This document shows, in pieces, positions 56,854 through 64,000 of a stretch of 64,000 bases of DNA. Every line of letters begins with the position of its first letter. Position 1 is the first letter of the stretch. The translations under genes were made by a program, and so were the position numbers. The notes under the pieces were generated by a model. The model made no database searches. It was given only the letters and a program-made list of their open reading frames with translations, and was not told where the DNA came from. Source of the stretch: an uncultured Holophagales bacterium (GTDB taxonomy: Bacteria > Acidobacteriota > Thermoanaerobaculia > Multivoradales > UBA5704); contig CAWJGT010000009.1 in NCBI GenBank assembly GCA_963842525.1, positions 448,001-512,000 of the forward strand, given 5' to 3'.

Positions 56854-59491
56854 ATGAAAAAGAATGTACTGCGAATCTCCGCTCGGCTCACCGCGGTCCT
56901 GCTGTTCTGCCTGGCCGTCCCCGCTTTCGCCGCCGGCCCGTTGATCGTCTGCAACCCCGGCCAGCCGTACCTGTGGCCCAACGGCGGCACCAACATCCCG
57001 TACAACCCGGACCAGGGGCCGCTCGGGCCGCTGGACAACGGGGACGCGGTCACCCTGGTGGCCGACTCGTTCCAGCAGTGGGGCGACATCCCGTCCGCCT
57101 CGACCACCTACCTGCAGGGCGCGGCGTTGCCGGAAGACGTCGACGTGGATAACTTCTTCCCCTATGTCTTCCCTGACGCTCCGGACGGCCTGTCCGCCAT
57201 CGTCTTCGACGACACCGGGGAGATCTTCGACCTCCTCTTCGGACCCGGCTCGGGAGTCCTGGGTTTCGCCGGCCCGGAGTGGATCAACCCCGCGACCTGC
57301 GAGGTCATCGAAGGCGCGGCGTTCCTCAACGGCGCCGCCTTCGGCGATCCGCAGGAGGCGTTCGACGTCATCGTGCACGAGTTCGGCCACTACCACAACC
57401 TGGCCCACACCGTGGTCAACGGCCAGATCGCGCTCGGCGACCACTCCGGCCCGACGCCGAACGACACGTTCCCGATCGGCTCGCTGGTCAACCTGATCGA
57501 GACCATGTACCCGTTCTACTTCGGCACGGCGGCAGGGACGTCCACGCCGCACCCGGACGACGTCGCAAGCCTGGCGGCGCTCTATCCGGAGCCCAGCTTC
57601 GCCACCACCACCGCCACGATCACGGGTACGATCTTCGGGCCGAACGGCACGACGCCGCTGACCGGCGTCAACGTCATCGCCCGCAACGTCGCCAACCCGT
57701 TCGTCGACGCGGTGTCGGCCATCTCGAGCGACTTCGCGGTCGACTACACGCCGGGACAGCCGTTCGTCGGCGTCTACACCCTGCGCAACCTCACACCCGG
57801 TGCCCAATACGCGGTGTTCGTGGACGAGATCCTGGCCGGTGGTTTCAGCACGCCGCCGCTCTTCCCCCTGCCTGGCCCCGAGGAGCTCTACAACGGCGCC
57901 GGCGAATCGACCAACGGCGCCACCGACGATCCGGCGGTCTTCACCGCGGTGTCCGCGGCGGCCGGCGGCACGGCGAGCGGCATCAACATCCTGTTCAACT
58001 CGCCGGCGCCGAACACTCCGCTGCCGGTGGGCGATGACGGCTCGGTGGAGCTCTTCCTGCCGTTTACCTTCAAGATCTGCGATCAGGCCTTCGACTCCGT
58101 GTTCGTCAACGGCAACGGCAACCTGACGTTCGGCACCGGCAACGGCGACTTCAGCGAGTCGATCGTCGAGTTCCTGGAAGGACCGCCGCGGATCGCCGGC
58201 GTCTGGGACGACCTGAACCCCGACGCGGGCGGAACCATCTTCTTCCAACAGACCTCGAACACCTTCACCGTGTTCTTCCAGAACGTGCCGGAGTTCGTTG
58301 CGACGGGCGCCAACACGTTCTCGATCAAGCTCCAGAAATCGTCCAACCACGTCGACATCACCTATGGCAGCCTGACCGCGACCGACGGTCTGGCGGGCGT
58401 GAGCTGCGGCGGGGCGATCACCTCGCAGTTCGAGCTGCCGGCCGACCTCAGCCAGAAGAACGGGCGCCAGGACCTCAAGGACCAGGCGGCCTTCTTCGAG
58501 CTGTTCGGGCTGGGCAACCCCATGGACCTGGCGAACCGGACGCAGAAGTTCAACGTCAAGGTCAAATACGACGACGACTTCGAGAACAACGACGACCTCT
58601 CTCATGCGCGCAACGTCGACCTGCCCTTCAGCACCGAGAAGCGCAGGGACTTCACCTCGATCGAGCCGGAGGGGGACGACGTGGACTTCTACAAGTTCCC
58701 CGTCAAGGCCGGGGACATCCTGGCGATCGAGACGGTCCGCGGCGAGCTTCGACACCTTGATCGGGGTCTTCGACGCCGATACAGGAGACCTGCTGATCGC
58801 GGATGACGACGGCGGCGACGGGCTGCTCTCGCGCCTCCTGCTGCAGGTCAACGAGGACCTGAGGCTCGCCGTGGCGGTCACGACCTTCCCGGACTTCGAC
58901 TTCACCGGCGACGGTGTGGGCAGCGGCCGGTACGTGCTCCAGATCAACACCTACCAGGGCACCGTCCTGGCGGCGGGCGACGACACGTCCACGCCGCTCA
59001 ACCTCGGCTTCAACTTCCCATTCAATGGCACCAACTACAACAGCGTCTTCGTCAACTCCAACGGCAACCTGACCTTCGGCGCGGGCAGCACCGACTTCAG
59101 CGAAACCGTGCCGGAATTCCTCGCCGGACCGCCGCGGATCGCTCCGCGCTGGGACGACCTCGACGCCACCTTCGGCGTGGTCATCGCCTCGCCGGATGAC
59201 GACGACAAGATGACTATCCACTTCGTCAGCGTTCCGGAGTTCTTCTCCACGTCACCCAACTACTTCTCGGTGGAGCTCGAGGACGACGGCGACTTCGAAT
59301 TCGAATACCAGGCCAACCCGCGCACGGATGGCCTGACCGGCATCACGCAGGGCGGCGGTGCGGCCAATCCCGGCGAGACGGACCTGTCGGACGACGACGA
59401 CTACCCGGCGGACGGCACGCTCTACGAGCTCTTCGGGACCGACGTCTTCACATTCGACCTGTTCTACACCGACTTCGAGTTCGAAGACTAG
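56854..59491 (+). CDS. Secreted metzincin metalloprotease with duplicated NIDO-like and PPC-like domains, frameshift near 58745
   Basis: HEFGHYHNLAH, Met-turn TMYP, and two repeats of F.SVFVN.NGNLTFG...PPRIA..WDDL. Confidence 0.8.
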
Positions 59492-59499
59492 ACACGACG

Positions 59500-59561
59500 G
59501 CTCGCCGGCCGGCGAGCTTTTGAACGCGGCGGTGGGGGTCACCTCACTGCCGCGTTTTTTG
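59500..59561 (+). terminator. Two tandem intrinsic terminators
   Basis: GCTCGCCGGCCGGCGAGC-TTTTT, then AACGCGGCGGTGGGG...CCTCACTGCCGCGTT-TTTT, between convergent genes. Confidence 0.75.
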
Positions 59562-59564
59562 TGT

Positions 59565-60542
59565 TCAGGAGCCGGGTGCCTGCGGCCGGGCGAAGTCCTG
59601 GACCCACATCACCTTGTACCGGTGCTCGTAGGTGCCGACCGCGATGCCCACGCCGAGCTGGGTGAAGCGCCGGTCCAGCATGTTGCGCCGGTGGTCGGTG
59701 CTGTGGAGCCAGGCCTCCACGACCGTTTCGGCGTTGAAATGCCCGGCGGCGATGTTCTCGGCCACCAGGTCGGGGACGTAGTCGCGCGCCCGCACCCGGT
59801 CGTAGGGAACGGTCCCGTCCAGGCTGCGGTGCGCATAGTAGCTCCGCGCCAGCATGTCGTCGGCGTGCGCCTGGGCCGCCGCGGTCAGCCGCGGCTCGAG
59901 CTCCACCGGCGGCACGCCGGCCTCCCGGCGCGCCGCGTTGACCCGGGCGAGGACCGCCGTGCGGGCTGCCTGGAGGTCGGCGAGCGCCCGGGTTTCGCGC
60001 ACGAAGTATTCGCTGCGCGGCCAGGCGAGGAGGAAGACGTAGAGCGGCTCGCCGTTGAGCCGGGCGACGCCGATCCCCACGTGCTGGTAGTCCGGGTCCA
60101 GCGCCTGGGGATAGTTGGGGTCCTGCTTCCAGGCGGAGAGGGCCGCTTCGATGTCTCCACGCGGCGCCGTGGTCACGCTCTCGGTCCACCCGTGCGCGGA
60201 GTAGCCGGCCCGCGCCAGCCAGGACTGCACCTTGCCGAGGAGGCTCATCGCCTCGCTCTCGCCGGGCAGCGCGCCGCGCGCCTCGATCTCGGCGGCCCGC
60301 TTCTGCGCCACCTGGTCGAGCGCCGGCAGGGGAGCGACGAGAGGCACCCCGGCCACCTCGCGGTCGTGGTTGAGCCGGACGACGAGCTCGTGCCGCAGCT
60401 CCGCGGAATCCTGAGGCGCGGCAGAGCCCCTCACCCCCGGCCCCTCTCCCATCGCCCCCCCTTCCCCCGGGAGAGGGGAGAACAGCAAGACACCGCCAGC
60501 CAGAACCAGGCCCGCCAGCAGGAGGAGCCCGCGGGCCTTCAT
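59565..60542 (-). CDS. Secreted tandem CAP (SCP) domain protein
   Basis: AAQAHADDM, ENIAAG, WLHSTDHRRNML and WVQDF. Confidence 0.88.
   Translation of the reverse strand: MKARGLLLLAGLVLAGGVLLFSPLPGEGGAMGEGPGVRGSAAPQDSAELRHELVVRLNHDREVAGVPLVAPLPALDQVAQKRAAEIEARGALPGESEAMSLLGKVQSWLARAGYSAHGWTESVTTAPRGDIEAALSAWKQDPNYPQALDPDYQHVGIGVARLNGEPLYVFLLAWPRSEYFVRETRALADLQAARTAVLARVNAARREAGVPPVELEPRLTAAAQAHADDMLARSYYAHRSLDGTVPYDRVRARDYVPDLVAENIAAGHFNAETVVEAWLHSTDHRRNMLDRRFTQLGVGIAVGTYEHRYKVMWVQDFARPQAPGS
60427..60479 (+). repeat. BoxC-like palindromic repeat in frame within the CAP gene
   Basis: CCCCTCACCCCCGGCCCCTCTCCCATCGCCCCCC...GGGAGAGGGGA; encodes SPLPGEGGAMGEGPGVRG. Confidence 0.85.
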
Positions 60543-60669
60543 CGCGCTGGCGAAAGCCGCTATACTGACCCTACTTTTTGGATCGTAGATCCCTGAGGTG
60601 GGTTGGGAGCGCGGCGGAAACCGCGGGCCGTGGTCAGCGTATAGGCAGTTGACGAAACGGAAATTTCTC

Positions 60670-61506
60670 ATGGCCGACCTGAATGTACCCCGCGAGCGTC
60701 TGGTCCAGATCCTCCAGTCCCCCGAGAGCGAGATCGACCTGGGCGAAGCGGCCCTGGTGATCGCCGCCGAAGAGCAGCCCGGGCTCGATCCCTATCCCTG
60801 GCTCGACCGCCTGGACGAGCTCGGCGACCGCCTGCGCTCGCGCGTGCGGGGTCTCCGCGGCGAGCTCGACCGTCTCGGCCGCCTGAACCGGTTCCTCTTC
60901 GGCGAGGAGGGGCTGCGCGGCAATCTGGAGGACTACTACGATCCGCGCAACAGCTACCTCAACCAGGTCCTCGACCGCCGGCTGGGCATCCCGATCACGC
61001 TGGCCGTGGTCTGCCTGGAGGTCGGGCGCCGCGCCGGCGTGCCGCTGGAGGGCGTCGGCTTCCCCGGCCATTTCCTGCTGCGGCTCGTCCATCATCCGGA
61101 GGTCCTGATCGATCCTTTCGACCGTGGCCGGCTGCTCACGCGGACCGACTGCGAGGATCTCCTGGCCCGGCTGACCCGGGGGAGCATGGAGTTCGAGCCC
61201 CGGCTGCTGCGTCCCGCCGGGCCGCGCCAGATGATCCAGCGCATGCTCAACAACCTGCGGGGCATCTACGAGCACCACGGCGAGCTCGACCGCGTCGTCT
61301 CCGTCCTCGACCGGCTGCTGCTCCTCGATCCCGAAGACCCCGAGCCGCTGCGCGACCGCGGCCTCCTCCAGGTCCGTTGGGGCGATCCGGAGAGCGGCGC
61401 CGCGGACCTCGAGAGCTATCTCGCCTCCGAGCCTCTCGCCCAGGACTACGACGAGGTCGCGAGGATCCTCGCCGAGGCCCGGCGCGGGCTGCGGTATCCG
61501 AGCTGA
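60670..61506 (+). CDS. SirB1 / transglutaminase-like + TPR protein
   Basis: YYDPRNSYLNQVLDRRLGIPITL, GVGFPGHFL, RMLNNL and RDRGLL. Confidence 0.9.
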   Translation: MADLNVPRERLVQILQSPESEIDLGEAALVIAAEEQPGLDPYPWLDRLDELGDRLRSRVRGLRGELDRLGRLNRFLFGEEGLRGNLEDYYDPRNSYLNQVLDRRLGIPITLAVVCLEVGRRAGVPLEGVGFPGHFLLRLVHHPEVLIDPFDRGRLLTRTDCEDLLARLTRGSMEFEPRLLRPAGPRQMIQRMLNNLRGIYEHHGELDRVVSVLDRLLLLDPEDPEPLRDRGLLQVRWGDPESGAADLESYLASEPLAQDYDEVARILAEARRGLRYPS

Positions 61507-61510
61507 GGCC

Positions 61511-62404
61511 CTACCTCGCGCCGAAATTCTGCACCCAGATCACCCGATAGCGGCCGTCCTTGCCGCGATGGGTTACCAGGCCGACCCCCAGCTCGTTGAA
61601 GCTGGGATTGAGGATGTTCTTGCGGTGCACCGGGCTGTTCAGCCAGGTCTTCACGACCTCGTCGACCGTGAACTGCCCCTCGGCAATGTTCTCGGCGATC
61701 GTCTTCCAGTCGTAGCCGGCCGCGGTCGACCGCTCCCGCACGGTGGTGCCACTCGGGCTCTGGTGCGCGAAGTAGCCGCGTTCCAGCATGTCCTCGGCGT
61801 GCTCCTGGGCGGCTTTCTGAAGGCGGCCTTCCAGCTTGACCGGCGGCGCGCCGGCCCGGCGCCGGGCGGCGTTGACCTCTTCCAGCATCGAGGTCCGCAC
61901 CCCGTCCGTGTTGCGCAGCGTGGCGGTCGACTTGAGGAAGAACTCCTTCTCGGGCACGGCGAAGACGAAGGTGTAGAGCGGCACGCCGCGCAGGCGGGCG
62001 ATGCCGATCCCCAGGTCGCGGTAGTCCCCGTCCATCAGGGCGTCCCAGGTGCCGTTGTTCTGGGATTTCCACTGCTGGAGGACCTCGGCGAGGCCGCCCG
62101 TCGAGGCGGTGACGCTCTCGACCCACTCGTGGGCGTCATAGCCGGCCCGCTTCAACGATGCGTTCATCTCGTCCTCGGAGCCGCGCGCGAAGCGCAGGTT
62201 TCCCCGCCGGGCGATCTCGTCGGCGTGCTGCTGGGCGACGCCGTCGAGCGCATCCACCAGCCGCAGCAGGGGGGCTCCGGCGCGCGTCCGCTCGGCGTTG
62301 ATGCGCTTGAGCACGTCGCTCCGCACGGGCAGGTCCTGGGCGGCGGCGGTCATGGCGGCTCCGGCGACGAGGAGGGCGAGGACGGCGTGGGTGGGCCTTG
62401 GCAT
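61511..62404 (-). CDS. Secreted tandem CAP (SCP) domain protein
   Basis: AAQEHAEDM, ENIAEG, WLNSPVHRKNIL and WVQNFG; paralogue of 59565-60542. Confidence 0.88.
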   Translation of the reverse strand: MPRPTHAVLALLVAGAAMTAAAQDLPVRSDVLKRINAERTRAGAPLLRLVDALDGVAQQHADEIARRGNLRFARGSEDEMNASLKRAGYDAHEWVESVTASTGGLAEVLQQWKSQNNGTWDALMDGDYRDLGIGIARLRGVPLYTFVFAVPEKEFFLKSTATLRNTDGVRTSMLEEVNAARRRAGAPPVKLEGRLQKAAQEHAEDMLERGYFAHQSPSGTTVRERSTAAGYDWKTIAENIAEGQFTVDEVVKTWLNSPVHRKNILNPSFNELGVGLVTHRGKDGRYRVIWVQNFGAR

Positions 62405-62442
62405 ACCTGTGGGATCAACAGCGTCCGCAAGGCCGGCCATTC

Positions 62443-62478
62443 CAAGGACGACAAGGACACCAAGGACAGCAAGGACGA
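62443..62478 (+). repeat. 9-bp CAAGGACRN minisatellite, four units
   Basis: CAAGGACGA CAAGGACAC CAAGGACAG CAAGGACGA. Confidence 0.8.
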
Positions 62479-62506
62479 TCGGCCTCCTCTGATACCATGG
62501 CGCCGC

Positions 62507-63786
62507 TTGCTCGCCACCTCGCCCATCGCGCGCCTCAGCGATCATGAGCGCCCAGGCCGGACGCACCGGCTCATCCTCGCCTTCGCGTGGGCGGCCTGGT
62601 GCACCGGCTTCTACTCGCTGATGCTCTTCTCGTTCGTCCTGCAGGCGTTGCAGGACACCTTCGGTCTGTCCGAGGGGGACCTGGCGCTGCTGACCGCGGT
62701 CGGGGTGGGGATGACCGGCGCCGGCGGGCTGCTCTTCGGCTGGATGAGCGACCGGATGGGGCGGCGGGCCTCTCTCGCGGTGTCGATCGTCGCCTTCTCG
62801 CTGGGCAATGCCCTGTGCGGGCTCGCCCCGAGCGTCGTCTGGCTGGTGGCCGCGCGGGCCCTCGCCGGGCTGGGGATCGGCGGCACCTGGGGCGCGGGGC
62901 AGGCCATGCTCGGCGAGACGTTTCCGCCCGCTCTACGCGGCCGGGCTACGGCGCCATTGCCCAGAGCGGCGCTCCGGCCGGCCTGGGCCTGGCCGCGATC
63001 GTTGGCTCGTTCGTGGCGCCCGAGGTGGGCTGGCGGACGGTCTTCCTCCTCTCCGCCTTCCCGGCCCTGGTCCTCCTGGCCTGGAAGATCCTGCCCGAGT
63101 CGGATCTCTGGCTGGAGCACCGGCGCCGCCTGCGCGAAGGGTCCCTGCACCACGAGGACCTTGCGCGGGCCCGCAAACCCATCCTGGCGCAGCTCGTGGC
63201 GTCCGACATGGCCGGCCTGTTCCTCCGTGCCTTCGTGCTCACCGGCCTCAACATGTCGGCCTACTGGTTCGCCGTGGTGTGGCTGCCGCGCTACCTCCAG
63301 CAGCAGCGGGGGCTGTCGATCTTCGGCTCCGGCTGGTGGACGCTCACCTTCGTGGCCGGATCGCTCGCCGGGTATCTGTCCTTCGGCTGGGTGTCGGACG
63401 CGGTCGGCCGCCGCCGGGCGTTCGCCCTCTACTGCGTGATCACGGCCGTGGGCCTGGCCATGGTCACCCTGTTCTGGGACGCTTTCGCGTCGCGTCCGGC
63501 CGTGGGCCTCGCCTGCATGCTCGTGGCCGGGATCGGGACGGGCACCTGGTCCTGCTATGGCCCGTACTTCTCGGAGCTCTTCCCGACCCGTGTGCGCGGC
63601 GCGGCCATGTCGGTCATCATGAACGTCACCCGTGGCGTCCAGTTCGTGGCGCCTCTCGTCATCGCGGCCGTGGCCGGCCGCTGGGGCCTGGCCGGGGGGA
63701 TCGCCCTGGCCGCCGCCTTCGCCGCTCTGGCCGCGGCCTGGGTCTGGACCCTTCCCGAGACGGCCGGCGCCCGCATCGAGATCTGA
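62507..63786 (+). CDS. MFS transporter, frameshift near 62945
   Basis: GWMSDRMGRR and GWVSDAVGRR motifs plus ELFPTRVRG, in two frames. TTG start chosen because of an upstream TGn-TACCAT extended -10. Confidence 0.85.
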
Positions 63787-63798
63787 GCGAGGTCCACC

Positions 63799-64000
63799 AT
63801 GGCAGAGACGATTCGACCGGCAGCCCCTCCCTTGTCCGTACCCGAAGATCCCGGCAAGCCGGGCTTCCGCCGGGTCGCGTCCCGCTGGGAGATCGTCGCC
63901 TTCTCGGTCAACGACGTGATCGGCAGCGGCGTCTACCTGCTGCCGGCCGCGGCGGCGGCGATCCTGGGGACGGCGAGCATCGGCGCCGTCATCCTGGCCG
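63799..64000 (+). CDS. APC-family amino acid permease, runs off window end
   Basis: ATG 63799 translates to ...FRRVASRWEIVAFSVNDVIGSGVYLLP, the TM1 motif. Confidence 0.8.
   Translation, partial: MAETIRPAAPPLSVPEDPGKPGFRRVASRWEIVAFSVNDVIGSGVYLLPAAAAAILGTASIGAVILA

Noticed and set aside
62405-62566. Extended N-termini of the CAP and MFS ORFs containing LAVLGVLVVLG or KDDKDTKDSKD
   Set aside because: These are translations of the intergenic 9-bp minisatellite, not real protein sequence.
1-64000. tRNA, rRNA, prophage or integrase genes
   Set aside because: None recognised on either strand.

Overview
GC-rich (roughly 68-70% by eye) bacterial chromosomal DNA. An ADOP-type duplicated ABC permease, a TamB-Omp85 fusion, Oar-like TonB receptors and a multiheme-TPR protein suggest Acidobacteriota, possibly Thermoanaerobaculia (inference). 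About ten genes carry single-base frameshifts, most likely long-read assembly errors. Housekeeping genes include clpS-clpA, a DeaD-like helicase, two cardiolipin synthases and a hybrid kinase. About eight toxin-antitoxin loci or remnants lie in the first 29 kb. Main oddities: (1) a non-coding array of at least 17 degenerate 20-21 bp repeats directly upstream of an uncharacterised coiled-coil/winged-helix-like gene (28.7-29.6 kb); (2) a candidate meroterpenoid cluster with two Pyr4/PaxB-like membrane proteins, a P450, a glycosyltransferase, a carbamoyltransferase, a cytokinin-dehydrogenase-like oxidase and a nearby UbiA prenyltransferase (42-56 kb); (3) a lower-GC hicA-hicB-third-gene operon beside a broken IS1-family transposase; (4) a DUF350 / glutathionylspermidine-synthase-like / GGFG-tail operon; (5) four families of small repeats, including BoxC-like palindromes inserted in frame within proteins. 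No rRNA, tRNA or CRISPR array was seen. All family calls come from motif recognition by eye; no database searches were run.
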